58,959 nt of DNA, from IMG/VR virus record IMGVR_UViG_2541047708_000006; one strand, given 5' to 3'. This document shows, piece after piece, positions 10,906-21,367 of the stretch. The stretch is from a virus (taxonomy: Duplodnaviria > Heunggongvirae > Uroviricota > Caudoviricetes). Position numbers and translations under genes: made by a program. Numbering within the stretch: position 1 is the stretch's first letter; each line of letters begins with the position of its first letter. A model generated the notes under the pieces. The model made no database searches and was not told the DNA's origin. It was given only the letters and a program-made list of their open reading frames with translations.

Positions 10906-10965
10906 TCCTCACGCTCCGTAAACGACAAAACCGCCCGCAGGCGGTTTCACATAAAACATTTTGCA

Positions 10966-11637
10966 TCAGCGACCAATCACCACAACCTGACCACCGTCCC
11001 CTTCGTCTGCCGTGCTGATCTCCTGAGAAACCACGCGTGACCCCACGCGCATTTCACCGTACAGAACGGGCAGAACATTGCCCTGGGCAACCATGTTATC
11101 CAGTGAGGAGAAATAGGTGTTCTGTTTGCCGTTATCCGTTGTCTGTGTACGGGGAGTTCTGGCTTTCGGTGCCAGCATCTGCGCCACACCACCGAGCACC
11201 ATACTGGCACCGAGAGAAAACAGGATGCCGGTCATACCACCGGCCCCAATGGCTGCCCCCCATGCTGCAAGGGTGGCTCCGGCGGTAAAGAATGATCCGG
11301 CAATGGCGGCAGCCCCCAGGACAATCTGGAATACGCCACCTGACTTGGCCCCGGCGACTCTGGGAACAATATGAATCACAGCGCCATCAGGCAGAGTCTC
11401 ATGTAACTGCGCCGTTAACCCGGACGTGCTGACGTCCCGCCCGGCAATCCGTACCTGATACCAGCCGTCGCTCAGTTTCTGACGAAACACCGGGAGCTGT
11501 GTGGCCAGTGCGCGGATGGCTTCAGCCCCCGTTTTCACACGAAGGTCGATGCGGCGGCCAAATCGTTGCAAATCCCCGTAAAGGCAGATGCGCGCCATGC
11601 CCGGTGACGCCAGAGGGAGTGTGTGCGTCGCTGCCAT
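10966..11637 (-). CDS. I: Tail assembly protein I
   Basis: 223 aa, position and sequence like lambda I. Confidence 0.9.
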   Translation of the reverse strand: MAATHTLPLASPGMARICLYGDLQRFGRRIDLRVKTGAEAIRALATQLPVFRQKLSDGWYQVRIAGRDVSTSGLTAQLHETLPDGAVIHIVPRVAGAKSGGVFQIVLGAAAIAGSFFTAGATLAAWGAAIGAGGMTGILFSLGASMVLGGVAQMLAPKARTPRTQTTDNGKQNTYFSSLDNMVAQGNVLPVLYGEMRVGSRVVSQEISTADEGDGGQVVVIGR

Positions 11638-12278
11638 TTGTCGGTATACCTCTCTCGTTTGCTCAGTTGTTCAGGAATATGGTGCAGCAGCTCGCCATCA
11701 CCACAGTAAATGGCGGCATGATTCGGCACCGATGAACCAAAACAGCACAGCAGCACATCGCCCGGTTGTGCTGATGACAACGGCACCTGATACAGCCCTG
11801 TGGCCTCCAGATTATCCAGATAGAGATTCTGACCGTGACGCCACCAGTCATCCTCGCGATGAAAATCCGGCATCTCAATCCCCGCCAGATGATAAGCATC
11901 CCGGAACAGCGTGTAACAGTCCGTCACCCCGTGCTCAAAGCGCCGCCCGGTGAGATGCGGCACACAGCGGAACTTATGAATCGCCCCCCGGCAGACCAGC
12001 CACCACGGCAAATCACTCTGCACCTGCAGCCGCCGGTCGGCCTCACTCAGCCAGGGCAGACCACCGGGGTGACTGTGGACCAGCGCCACAATCTCACCCT
12101 GCATTTCTGCCTGCAGCCAGTCTTCCGGCGACATACGGAAATACGCCTCCGGCTCACCGGAGATATTCACGCAGGGGAAATATCTTTCCCCCTCCGGCGT
12201 GCTTACCACGAAGCCGCACGACTCCGCTGGCGCACATCGCCGGGCGTGCGCCAGAATCGCTGATTCTGTCTGTGTCAT
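11535..12278 (-). CDS. K: Tail tip assembly protein K (NlpC/P60-like)
   Basis: MTQTESAILAHARRCAPAESCGFVV...; ORF overlaps I start by about 100 nt. Confidence 0.9.
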   Translation of the reverse strand: MTQTESAILAHARRCAPAESCGFVVSTPEGERYFPCVNISGEPEAYFRMSPEDWLQAEMQGEIVALVHSHPGGLPWLSEADRRLQVQSDLPWWLVCRGAIHKFRCVPHLTGRRFEHGVTDCYTLFRDAYHLAGIEMPDFHREDDWWRHGQNLYLDNLEATGLYQVPLSSAQPGDVLLCCFGSSVPNHAAIYCGDGELLHHIPEQLSKRERYTDKWQRRTHSLWRHRAWRASAFTGICNDLAAASTFV

Positions 12279-12283
12279 GGGAT

Positions 12284-12982
12284 TTACTGCGAAAGTTTGT
12301 TAATGGAAAGGAAGCCGCCAAAGTTGCCGACGTTATTGCGAAACTTACAGCCACTCAGGCATTTGCTGCATTTATCCTTCGTGATATCGGACGTCGGCTG
12401 GTCATATTCATCCGCGACCGCCGGACCGCTATAACCGCACTCATCACCGCGATAGGTCCAGGTGCAGGTGTTGGCCAGCATGATGCGCCCCGGAAAAACA
12501 GCACCATCCGTTTCCGTCGGCGTGGACAGTACAAAAGAGGCACTCACCGCGCTCAGTTCGCTGCACTGCTCAATGCGCCAGCGGCTGATCACCTCCTGCT
12601 CCGGATCGGCGTCACTGTTTCCGTTGACGAAGTTCACCGCATCCAGAAAACGGGCGTAAACCTTACGCCTGACCACCGTTCCGCCGACCAGACTCTGCAG
12701 ATCTTCCGCCATCCCGGTGACCATACCGTACAGGTTAGAAACCGTCAGCGTGGGGCGCGTACTGGTGCCTTTGCCATTCAGTTCAAAACCACTCCCCTGA
12801 ATGGGATACGGCTGATACTGTCGCCCCTGCCAGGTGACCGGCTCACCTTTTTCGTTCTGCTCATTACAGAAAAAATAACGTTCTCCACCGACCTCTGTCA
12901 GATCGATTTCCCAGAGCACCACGCTGGCCGACTGCTCCGCACGGGTGCATTCATTCAGTGTTTCCTGCCGGATATCCTGCAT
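12284..12982 (-). CDS. L: Minor tail protein L
   Basis: 232 aa, lambda L-like, Cys cluster near C-terminus. Confidence 0.9.
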   Translation of the reverse strand: MQDIRQETLNECTRAEQSASVVLWEIDLTEVGGERYFFCNEQNEKGEPVTWQGRQYQPYPIQGSGFELNGKGTSTRPTLTVSNLYGMVTGMAEDLQSLVGGTVVRRKVYARFLDAVNFVNGNSDADPEQEVISRWRIEQCSELSAVSASFVLSTPTETDGAVFPGRIMLANTCTWTYRGDECGYSGPAVADEYDQPTSDITKDKCSKCLSGCKFRNNVGNFGGFLSINKLSQ

Positions 12983-13311
12983 CAGATCACCACCTGTTCA
13001 AACTCTGCGCTGAACTCAACACGCAGCATACTGACCCGCGACGACCATTTTGCGCAGGTCACCTTTATCTGCCGCCACTCATAAGGCGGCGTCCACAGAA
13101 AGGCTTTCCAGCCCCCGTGCTCAGCCAGAAACGACTCCAGCGCCGTGGCCTCCCAACGGGGAACAGAAAGCGTCACGCTGTACGTTTTCAGGTCGGCATT
13201 CAGCCCGGCAGGCGCTCGCTGGGAATAGCCATCACCAAAGCGCACTTTCCTGACGGAAGGGGCCGAAGCCACATCCATACCGGGTTTCACTTTCCAGCGG
13301 AAGGTCTTCAT
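12982..13311 (-). CDS. M: Minor tail protein M
   Basis: 109 aa, lambda M-like. Confidence 0.9.
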   Translation of the reverse strand: MKTFRWKVKPGMDVASAPSVRKVRFGDGYSQRAPAGLNADLKTYSVTLSVPRWEATALESFLAEHGGWKAFLWTPPYEWRQIKVTCAKWSSRVSMLRVEFSAEFEQVVI

Positions 13312-15875
13312 CGTCCACCTCCGGAGAACAGACCACCATCGCGCATCTGTGCCTGAATTTCATCACGGGCACCCTTGCGGGCCATGTCATACACTGCCTT
13401 CAGCATCTGTGGACCTGGCAGACCATTCGTACCGTCGTTCTGAATCACCACGTTGTTGTTCTGCTCAAATCTGATACCCTCTGAACGCCGCATTTGCGCC
13501 GGACTTCCGGTGCCACCGACATAACCACCGGTGGCATAGCCGCGCATCAGCCGGTAAAGATTTCCTACGCCAATCCGGCTGGTTGCCTCCTTCGTGAAGA
13601 CAAATTCACCACGGTGAACAATCCCCGCTGGCTCATATTTGCCGCCGGTTCCCGTAAATCCTCCGGTCGCAAAATGGAATTTCGCCGCAGCTGCCTGAAT
13701 GGCTGTAACGCCTGACGCTGATGCGCCGCCGCCAATGGCGCTGCCGATACTTCCGACAATCCCCACCATTGCCTGCTTAAGCAGAATTTCTGTCATCATG
13801 GACAGCACGGAACGGGTGAAGCTGCGCCAGTTCTGCTCACTGCCGGTCAGCATCGCCGCCATATTCTGTGCAATGCCATCAAAGGTCTGCGTGGCAGCAC
13901 TTTTTACCCGCGACATACTGTCCGTGGTGCTCTCTTCCCACTCACTCCAGCCGGACTTCAGGCCTGCCATCCAGCTCCCGCGAAGCTGGTCTTCAGCCGC
14001 CCAGGTCTTTTTCTGCTCTGACATGACGTTATTCAGCGCCAGAGAATTATCGCCATACTGTTCCTTCAGGCGCTGTTCCGTGGCTTCCCGCGCTGCCTGC
14101 CGGTCAGTCAGCCCCCGGTTTTTTGCATCAATGGCGGCCCGTTTTGCCCGTTGCTGCTGTGCGAATTTATCCGCCTGCTGTGCCAGCGCGTTCAGGTGCT
14201 CCTGATAGGTGACCTTGTCGCCAAGTGCAGCCAGCTGGCGTTTGTACTCCAGCGTCTCATCTTTATGCGCCAGCAGGGATTTCTCCTGTGCAGACAGCTG
14301 GCGACGTTGCGCCGCTTCCTTCAGTACCGCGAACTGACTCTCCGCCTTCCACAAATCCCGGCGCTGCTGGCTGATTTTCTCATTCGCTCCGGCATGCTTC
14401 TCCAGCGTCCGGAGTTCTGCCTGAAGCGTCAGCAGGGCGGCATGAGCACTGTCTTCCTGACGCTCTCCTGCAGACACCTTCACGCCGGACTGCTTCGGCT
14501 TTTTCAGTGTCGCTTCATAGTCCTTTTTCGCCGCCGCCATCAGCGTGTTGTAATCTGTCTGCAGGATTTTTCCGTCTTTCAGGGCCTTATTCAGTTCTTC
14601 CTGACGGGCGGTATATTTCTCCAGCGGCGTCTGCAGGCGTTCATAAGCCTTCTGCGCCTCTTCGGTATATTTCAGCCGTGATGCCTCAGACTCGGCCCAG
14701 TCCTTTGCTGCCATCTCTCTGGCCTTTTCAAGATCGGCCTGCAACGTGGCGGCTGAAAGCCCAAGTTGCGCATTCGCTCTGTCCTCCCATGCTCCCCGGA
14801 GATTAGCAAGAAATGCGGATGTTTTACCGCGCCGGTGGCTCCGGCTCTGATACCACTGCCATTTTTTGTCCGCCTCATCAAAAGCCTTTTCTGCTTTCTC
14901 CAGCATTTCCCGGGCAGTGTCCGGGCGACCAATATCCAGCACCGAATCCCACATGGATTTGAATGCCCGCGCTGTCCTGTCTGCCCAGGTCTCCAGCGTG
15001 CCCATGTTCTCTTTCAGGCGGCGGGTCTGGTCATCAAACCCTTTCGTTGCGGCCTCGTTCGCCGCCTGCAATGCCCCGGCTTCATCTCCGGAACGCTGCA
15101 ACTGAGCAACATACGCAATCTGCTCCGCCGTCACGTTATGGAACTGACGTGCCATCGCTGTCAGTCCCGACGTCGGGTCTGTGGTCAGCTTCCCGAAGGC
15201 TTCAGCGACCTTGTCCACCTCCACGCCGGATGCAGAGGAGAAACGCGCCACACTCTGGCTGATCGCCTCAAACTGCTCACCACCACGCACACCTGCATTC
15301 ACCAGCGCCGTCAGTGACTCGCTGGTCTGGTTAAACGTCAGCCCTGCCGCCTGCCCGGCTCTGGACAGGACCAGCATACGATCTGCCGTCAGTCCTGCCT
15401 GATTACCGGAAAGGACCAGCGTTTTATTGAAACTGGACAGGGTTGAGTCCCCCTGATACCAGGCATACGCCAGCGCACCGGTCGCCACCGCCAGCGAGGT
15501 GGCCCCGACCATCGGCAGGGTGATCGCACCGGCAAGCCCCCTGAACATGGGGATCATCCCGCCGAAGGAGTCCTTCACCTGACCACCCTGTTGCAGCAGG
15601 ATCAGCCACGGACTTTGCCCGCCTGCAAGCTGCGTGGCCACGTCGGTGAACTGCGCAGGCAGCATACGCATGGCAGCTTTATACTGCCCGACGGAAATCC
15701 CCGCTTTCTGTGCAGCCAGTGCCTGTCGGCTCAGCGACTGTTCAACGACTGCCGCTGTTTTTTTCGCATCACTTTCCGTACCGGAAAAATGACGCCTGAC
15801 TCTGGCCATCTGCTCGTCAAATCTGGCCGCATCCAGACTTAAATCAACGACCAGATCGCCTACCGGTTCAGCCAT
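13308..15875 (-). CDS. H: Tail tape measure protein H
   Basis: 855 aa, coiled-coil rich, lambda H-like. Confidence 0.95.
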   Translation of the reverse strand: MAEPVGDLVVDLSLDAARFDEQMARVRRHFSGTESDAKKTAAVVEQSLSRQALAAQKAGISVGQYKAAMRMLPAQFTDVATQLAGGQSPWLILLQQGGQVKDSFGGMIPMFRGLAGAITLPMVGATSLAVATGALAYAWYQGDSTLSSFNKTLVLSGNQAGLTADRMLVLSRAGQAAGLTFNQTSESLTALVNAGVRGGEQFEAISQSVARFSSASGVEVDKVAEAFGKLTTDPTSGLTAMARQFHNVTAEQIAYVAQLQRSGDEAGALQAANEAATKGFDDQTRRLKENMGTLETWADRTARAFKSMWDSVLDIGRPDTAREMLEKAEKAFDEADKKWQWYQSRSHRRGKTSAFLANLRGAWEDRANAQLGLSAATLQADLEKAREMAAKDWAESEASRLKYTEEAQKAYERLQTPLEKYTARQEELNKALKDGKILQTDYNTLMAAAKKDYEATLKKPKQSGVKVSAGERQEDSAHAALLTLQAELRTLEKHAGANEKISQQRRDLWKAESQFAVLKEAAQRRQLSAQEKSLLAHKDETLEYKRQLAALGDKVTYQEHLNALAQQADKFAQQQRAKRAAIDAKNRGLTDRQAAREATEQRLKEQYGDNSLALNNVMSEQKKTWAAEDQLRGSWMAGLKSGWSEWEESTTDSMSRVKSAATQTFDGIAQNMAAMLTGSEQNWRSFTRSVLSMMTEILLKQAMVGIVGSIGSAIGGGASASGVTAIQAAAAKFHFATGGFTGTGGKYEPAGIVHRGEFVFTKEATSRIGVGNLYRLMRGYATGGYVGGTGSPAQMRRSEGIRFEQNNNVVIQNDGTNGLPGPQMLKAVYDMARKGARDEIQAQMRDGGLFSGGGR

Positions 15876-16302
15876 ACCGGACTCCTCCTGCGATCCCTTC
15901 TGATACTGTCATCAGCATTACGTCATCCTCCGTCATGTCCGCCACATCCGGGGAAACGGGGATAACTTCATTCACATCCGGGCCAAAGCGGACGCCTCCG
16001 GCAAGCCCTGCCGCTTTCTGCATCAGCACATCATCTTCAGGCTCTTCGTCAGCCTCACGCCGGTTCAGCAAACTGAAATCCAGCGGATGCATCTCCGGAT
16101 CGCTGAAAAACAGGCTGAGCACGGTGTACGTCAGCCCGGAAAAGTGCATATCCAGCAGAACATCATGAAAATAATGGGTACTGTAAAAGCGGTGCCAGTC
16201 GGCATACTCCGTGGATGACATCCCGGCAAGCATGGCGCGCCAGTCGGGTCGCCCCATCTCACGCGCCAGTTTCAGGGCAAAACTCAGCTCACCGTCGAAC
16301 AC
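15868..16302 (-). CDS. T: T portion of tail assembly chaperone G-T (expressed by -1 frameshift from G)
   Basis: ORF in -1 frame relative to G, begins at slippery site. Confidence 0.8.
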   Translation of the reverse strand: MFDGELSFALKLAREMGRPDWRAMLAGMSSTEYADWHRFYSTHYFHDVLLDMHFSGLTYTVLSLFFSDPEMHPLDFSLLNRREADEEPEDDVLMQKAAGLAGGVRFGPDVNEVIPVSPDVADMTEDDVMLMTVSEGIAGGVRYG

Positions 16303-16706
16303 TTTCCCGCAGAAACAGGCTCTGCAGGCCCGACGTCCTCTGCCTGTTCAGGGGCATCATTCATCACAAACTCATACATACCGGACAGCCGGTACACCAC
16401 GTTTTCAGCATGAGAAATTGCCTCTGTGGGCCAGGTGGTAAGCACTTCCTGCTCAATCTGTTTAACGGCTTCATTCATGGACGGCTGCTTTGTCTTCTGT
16501 GGATGGTTATGCCACAGGGACATCGCCACCACAAAAGCACCGGTTCTGATGGCGTCTTCCACAGTAAACTTCCGGTTGCTGTCTGACTCCGCCTGTTCTG
16601 CCTGCCGTTTCATCAGGGCGAGATGCTCAATACGCTGCAGGGCTGACAGTTCAGAAAGCGTGACGGTCACGCCGTTATGTTCAAATGATTCGGTTTTCAG
16701 GAACAT
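16284..16706 (-). CDS. G: Tail assembly chaperone G
   Basis: 140 aa, lambda G-like. Confidence 0.9.
   Translation of the reverse strand: MFLKTESFEHNGVTVTLSELSALQRIEHLALMKRQAEQAESDSNRKFTVEDAIRTGAFVVAMSLWHNHPQKTKQPSMNEAVKQIEQEVLTTWPTEAISHAENVVYRLSGMYEFVMNDAPEQAEDVGPAEPVSAGKCSTVS
16302..16308 (-). promoter_or_regulatory. Programmed -1 ribosomal frameshift slippery heptamer GGGAAAG (G to G-T)
   Basis: Reverse complement of CTTTCCC at 16302-16308; located at the G/T overlap as in lambda. Confidence 0.6.
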
Positions 16707-16721
16707 CGCTGATTCTCCGGA

Positions 16722-17492
16722 TTAACTGGCGGTGACGTTGATTTCTGCAACCGCAGCAAACTCACCATTACCGGATACGACCGGAATGTTGACCTTGCCT
16801 GCAGCAACACCTTTCACGGTGATGGTCATACCACTGACCGACACGGTGGCTTTTGTTTTATCCGCAGACACCGCACGGAAGCTCTTGTCGGTTGCGCCTT
16901 CCGGCTGGAATGCCACGGTCAGCGTCGTGCTCTGCCCTTTAACCACCGAGGTGCTGGCAGGCGTCACGGTCATGCCGGTTGCCGCTGTTACCGTGCTGCG
17001 ATCTTCTGCCATTGACGGACGGCCCACATTGGTGACCTTCACCGTACGGGTGATCACTTCCTTCGCTGTCACCGCCTTACCGATGCTGCTGACCCAGCCG
17101 CGGAACACATCGACCGTGCCGTTCGGGAAGCGGATTTTATAGGCACGGGTATCACCTTCATTAAACCACGCCAGCAGCGCCTGCTGCCCCTGCTCTCCGG
17201 GCATCCACGCCAGCGTGAAGCTGGTATCTCCGGCTGATTTCTGCCCCTGTCCGGTCGCAGTCCAGTCCGCATCTTCATCATCGAGATAGCTGTCGTCATA
17301 GGACTCAGCGGTCAGTTCGCCGGGCGTCAGGTCTTTAACCTTTGCCAGACGCGACCAGTCAACGTCTGAAAGCGGGTTTGCGTAAGGGTCGCCGCTCCCG
17401 TTATAAACCCACAGTGTGGTCCCGGCCCCTTTCACCGGTGCCAGAGGATTTGGTGTTGGCATATCGTCCTCACATTTCATAGGTAATGACAT
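16722..17492 (-). CDS. V: Major tail tube protein V
   Basis: 256 aa; C-terminal Ig-like region; lambda V-like. Confidence 0.9.
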   Translation of the reverse strand: MSLPMKCEDDMPTPNPLAPVKGAGTTLWVYNGSGDPYANPLSDVDWSRLAKVKDLTPGELTAESYDDSYLDDEDADWTATGQGQKSAGDTSFTLAWMPGEQGQQALLAWFNEGDTRAYKIRFPNGTVDVFRGWVSSIGKAVTAKEVITRTVKVTNVGRPSMAEDRSTVTAATGMTVTPASTSVVKGQSTTLTVAFQPEGATDKSFRAVSADKTKATVSVSGMTITVKGVAAGKVNIPVVSGNGEFAAVAEINVTAS

Positions 17493-17865
17493 AAGTCAGA
17501 TCGGCTGAACTCCACAGGCCCGCATCATCGTCGCGCCGGTAGTCATAGCCACTGGCCACCATACTGGTGATCAAATCTGACAGTGCCGGGATATCGCTCA
17601 TCACCGGATAAATCCGGGACTCCATCCACGCATCCAGCTCTGAATCCGGCACATGAGCAGGCAGGAAAACTTCGATATGCAGCTCAGCCTGCCAGGTATC
17701 GCTGTCCAGCTCTTCGCCCGTGTATTCAGCGCCGGTGAGATAAACGGCAACTGCCGGAAAATCCGCCTCATCAAAAACAGCGGGGCGACCATCAAAAAGC
17801 GTCGCCCCGGTGTCATGTTTTTCCAGTGCATCCAGTACGGCTGCACGGAGTTCTGTATGTTTCAT
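17470..17865 (-). CDS. U: Tail terminator protein U
   Basis: 131 aa, lambda U-like. Confidence 0.9.
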   Translation of the reverse strand: MKHTELRAAVLDALEKHDTGATLFDGRPAVFDEADFPAVAVYLTGAEYTGEELDSDTWQAELHIEVFLPAHVPDSELDAWMESRIYPVMSDIPALSDLITSMVASGYDYRRDDDAGLWSSADLTYVITYEM

Positions 17866-18440
17866 CGCTTTATTACCATCCTCAGTTGATGCTGCAGCGC
17901 ATAGCCCAGCTCTTTCGGAAGACGTTCACGCCGTATCCGCTCAATATTCTGTTTAAACGCCGTGGTCAGCGGCACTGCCATCGGGATTTTCACCACATCA
18001 ATGGGGTAACGGTTTTTCCCGGCCACACGCTGCATGACATGCCACCGGCCATTTTTCAGTTGCTGAATAAACGCGCCGGGAATACGACGGTTTCCCACCA
18101 CAAGCACGCTGCCGCCACCTTTCAGGGATGAACGCTGCCCCTTTTTACGACGCCTGCGTCGGGACAGGACAACCCGCGCGTTACCCAGCTTTATTACGGG
18201 CAAATCCCCCCGGTTAACCTTGATTCTGGCCTGCGGATTTTTGACCGTGGCCCTTTTCAGCCTGGCCCTTTCCTTTACCAGTTTCCGGCGTACCTTTGTC
18301 TCACGGGCAACCTGTGACGCCGACTGCGATATCGCGGATGAAGCAACGCGGTTAATGGCCATTGCGGCGGCACCGGGCACCGCCGTTCTGCTGATACGGC
18401 TGAGGTTTTCAACGGCCTGCTCAAGACCTTTTATGGCCAT
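17862..18440 (-). CDS. Z: Tail completion protein Z
   Basis: 192 aa, lambda Z-like. Confidence 0.9.
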   Translation of the reverse strand: MAIKGLEQAVENLSRISRTAVPGAAAMAINRVASSAISQSASQVARETKVRRKLVKERARLKRATVKNPQARIKVNRGDLPVIKLGNARVVLSRRRRRKKGQRSSLKGGGSVLVVGNRRIPGAFIQQLKNGRWHVMQRVAGKNRYPIDVVKIPMAVPLTTAFKQNIERIRRERLPKELGYALQHQLRMVIKR

Positions 18441-18451
18441 ACATCCCCCTT

Positions 18452-18805
18452 TCAGCGGCGACGGTTAACGGCAGGCGGTACGCCCCGACCAAGCCAGAGA
18501 TGACAGCTTCCGCCATCATCCGGCGAAATCCGGTCTATCCAGAAGTTTTCCTCACCGATGATCAGCGTGTCGCCGCGCCGCAGCTGCCGCACATCATCAG
18601 TCCGGACAAACAGGGACGGGCTGGAGCCTTCAACGCGCACGCCCTGTCCGGCATAGCTGATATTTTCAGGGTCATCAAAAACACCACGTATCACAGCACC
18701 GGACTGCTCACCAGATGTCATGGTGGCTGACGTTCCCATGTACCCGCGTATCGTTTCATCGGCGCAGGCAATGGCAGCATCGAACAGGTTATCGAAATCA
18801 GCCAC
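18452..18805 (-). CDS. FII: Head-tail joining protein FII
   Basis: 117 aa, lambda FII-like. Confidence 0.85.
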   Translation of the reverse strand: MADFDNLFDAAIACADETIRGYMGTSATMTSGEQSGAVIRGVFDDPENISYAGQGVRVEGSSPSLFVRTDDVRQLRRGDTLIIGEENFWIDRISPDDGGSCHLWLGRGVPPAVNRRR

Positions 18806-18816
18806 AGCGCCTCCCG

Positions 18817-19212
18817 TTATTGCATTCTGGCCAGGCCGCGCTCTGTCATTTCAGCTGCCACACCGACAGAGACACGGAACGCCGTTCCCGGCAGCACAAA
18901 TGCCACAGCCTCATCCCGCGTGGCGTGAAGTGCATCAGTATGCAGCGTCACCAGTGCCACAACCGTGACCAGTTCAGCCGTATCAGTCACGGTATCCGGC
19001 TGCGCTGATACAACCTCATTTTCATGTCCGGTCAGCGCATTTTCCGGGCTGACAGATGTGTCCTGACCGGCAGCGTCATCCGTGTCATCAAGCTCCTCTT
19101 CCAGCTCTGCCACACGGAGTGCCAGTTCTTCTTTCGTCCCCGTCAGGCTGACATCACGGTTCAGTTGCTCACCCAGCACCTGAAGACGGGCAATCAGTTC
19201 ATCTTTCGTCAT
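18817..19212 (-). CDS. FI: DNA packaging protein FI
   Basis: Start placed at MTKDELIARL (codon 14 of the ORF) giving about 131 aa like lambda FI. Confidence 0.8.
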   Translation of the reverse strand: MTKDELIARLQVLGEQLNRDVSLTGTKEELALRVAELEEELDDTDDAAGQDTSVSPENALTGHENEVVSAQPDTVTDTAELVTVVALVTLHTDALHATRDEAVAFVLPGTAFRVSVGVAAEMTERGLARMQ

Positions 19213-19253
19213 GGACTCCTCCACAGAGAGAAAATGGCCCCGAAGGGCCATGA

Positions 19254-20033
19254 TTACGCCAGTTGTACGGACACGAACGCATCAGGGTCAGCCAGCAGCA
19301 TCAGCGGTGCTGACTGAATCATGGTGAACTCACGCGCCGGATCGCCGGTGGTCACCCAGTTTTTCGGGTAGCGGGCAGAGGCGTTAATACCTTCGCGCTG
19401 TGCGTCCGCATCCTGAATGCAGCCATAGGTGCGCAGACCGCGTGCCTGAGTGTTCCCCAGCACCATCGTGTTGTCCGGCAGGAAGTTCTTTTTGACGTCG
19501 TTTTCCACGTACTGTCCGGAATACACGACGATCGCCGTATCGCCATACATCCCCTTATAGGACACCGCTTCGCCCAGGTCTTTTACCGCTGTCTCCAGCT
19601 CGGAATTAGAGCCGCGACGGGTATCCAGCTTCTCCTTGACGGCTTTGAAGGAACGGAACAGCGCCCAGCCTTTCGGATCAAACACGATGATATTCACCAC
19701 GCCGCTGGCGTTCAGCGCGTAGGCTTCGATATCGTCGGTCGGGTCATACGTGGACTTGTCACGCTTGCTCCACTCCGTACCACCGGACTGTGTGATGTTG
19801 TTCGCCGCACTGCGGCCCATATCCACTTCAACCGGATCGAAGGCTTCACCGGTCATGGTGTATTTGCCCTTAAGCACGGCAGAAACTGCCTGCATCTCTT
19901 CGACCTGAGCAATGGCCAGCTCTTCGTCTCGCATGTTCTGCATGATGATGCGACGGCGGCGGTAAGCCGGGTCCGCCAGATTCTGTGGATCTTCATCCGG
20001 CAGGCGACGCAGGGTCATCTGCGGATTCACCTC
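19254..20033 (-). pseudogene. E: Major capsid protein E, 3' portion (codons 83-341) separated from its 5' portion by the inserted satellite
   Basis: Translation EVNPQMTLRRLPDEDPQNLADPAYRRRRIIMQNMRDEE... matches recalled lambda gpE from residue 83; no upstream start; stop codon 3 codons upstream of junction. Confidence 0.9.
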
Positions 20034-20034
20034 A

Positions 20035-20044
20035 TGCTTGGGTT
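20035..20044 (+). repeat. Satellite att core, left copy (TGCTTGGGTT)
   Basis: Identical 10-mer at 30768-30777; lies exactly at the break in gene E. Confidence 0.8.
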
Positions 20045-20203
20045 ACATGAGTCAATGGTGTAAGTATGTGAATGATATAAGAGGAAAAATAGAGCATAAT
20101 CTCTACCTGAATGGCTATGTTGCAATACACACTGCAATACACAGAAATCAATGTACAAACCATTCAATTATCAACCCACAAATGAAGTGAATAAAGATTT
20201 GTT

Positions 20204-20965
20204 ATGAATATTATAGATACCCTTCAAAATGACCTAGAGCGCGCAGTAGCGCTTCAAAACATACTAATTGCAAGAGCTACAGGAGCCCAGGATGAAGCTA
20301 ATAATGATTATTTGCTTCTAAGAACATATTTCTTACAAAATCCTCCTTTACATCAGCTATTACCAGAGTTTGTGAGAACTAATCGCTCACTAAAAGAATT
20401 TTGGGGATTTATAAAAAAGACTGAAAAGTATGCCCCCCGGAGAGATTTGATTTATAAGGCATTTCAGCCGATGCTGGACTATCTAGAAGGGAAAAATAAA
20501 GCTCCAGCGGATGAAGACATATCTGATGTATTAAGAAAGTTTAACGAGGATGGAGTCCACGCCGTTTGGATAAAAGCACTTGAACGGCGCCATACAGATC
20601 CGGATGGTGCGATAACCTCCGCAAGAACACTTCTTGAAACAGTTTGCAAACACATTCTTGATGATATGGGCATTCAGTATAATAATAAAAATATTGAAAT
20701 GTCAGAGCTTTATAAAACTCTTTCAAAAGAACTTAACCTATCTGCCGACCAACATACTGAAAATATCTTCAAACAAATTCTCGGCGGTTGTTCTGCAGTT
20801 GTAAATGGGTTAGGTACTCTTCGTAATAAACTCGGTGATGCACATGGAACGAACAGCTCATCAATTAAGCCATCCCCAAGGCATGCCGAACTTGCAGTAA
20901 ATTTATCAGGCTCAATGGCTCTTTTTTTAATTAACACTTGGTTAAACCTTAAAGATGGGAAATAA
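20204..20965 (+). CDS. HEPN-type Abi_C-like (abortive infection C-terminal domain) protein
   Basis: 253 aa, AT-rich; C-terminal motif LRNKLGDAHG (R-x6-H) typical of HEPN/Abi_C. Confidence 0.7.
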   Translation: MNIIDTLQNDLERAVALQNILIARATGAQDEANNDYLLLRTYFLQNPPLHQLLPEFVRTNRSLKEFWGFIKKTEKYAPRRDLIYKAFQPMLDYLEGKNKAPADEDISDVLRKFNEDGVHAVWIKALERRHTDPDGAITSARTLLETVCKHILDDMGIQYNNKNIEMSELYKTLSKELNLSADQHTENIFKQILGGCSAVVNGLGTLRNKLGDAHGTNSSSIKPSPRHAELAVNLSGSMALFLINTWLNLKDGK

Positions 20966-21187
20966 CGTATAATGAAGTAACACGAGCAATTAGTTAATCA
21001 TTATACTCAGTCGATTAATTTATTTTGACGACTCGTAAGCAATTTTTCGATGAGGGCGGAACTCCGCCCTCGGTGCTAACCTATGAGAAACGATATCTCT
21101 TCCACCGATACCATAATATTAGGTATCGCGAAGAAGCCCCAAAATCAGTGTGTTGCTTTTACTACCCAAACTACCTGTAGTTTCATA

Positions 21188-21213
21188 GTCGAGTTGCAAA
21201 TTTGCAATTCGAC
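21188..21213. promoter_or_regulatory. 26 bp near-perfect palindrome (candidate operator)
   Basis: GTCGAGTTGCAAATTTGCAATTCGAC; one symmetric mismatch pair. Confidence 0.4.
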
Positions 21214-21367
21214 TACCAGCCACAAGGCGTAAATTTGCGTCGTCAGGAATATCAACGAGTTAGCATATGAATAGGCCAAACGGCCACAAACCTCACTTTT
21301 GAGGCTTGCTCATTTATTAGCTGGCTATGGTAAGGCCCATTTTGGGGCCGTCGAGAAAATCAAAGAG

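Noticed and set aside
12272-13084. 270-aa plus-strand ORF overlapping L and M
   Set aside because: Antisense to two lambda-like tail genes; junk-like sequence
13494-15842. Multiple plus-strand ORFs (up to 183 aa) inside tape measure gene H
   Set aside because: Antisense to H, no RBS or motif support, composition artefacts
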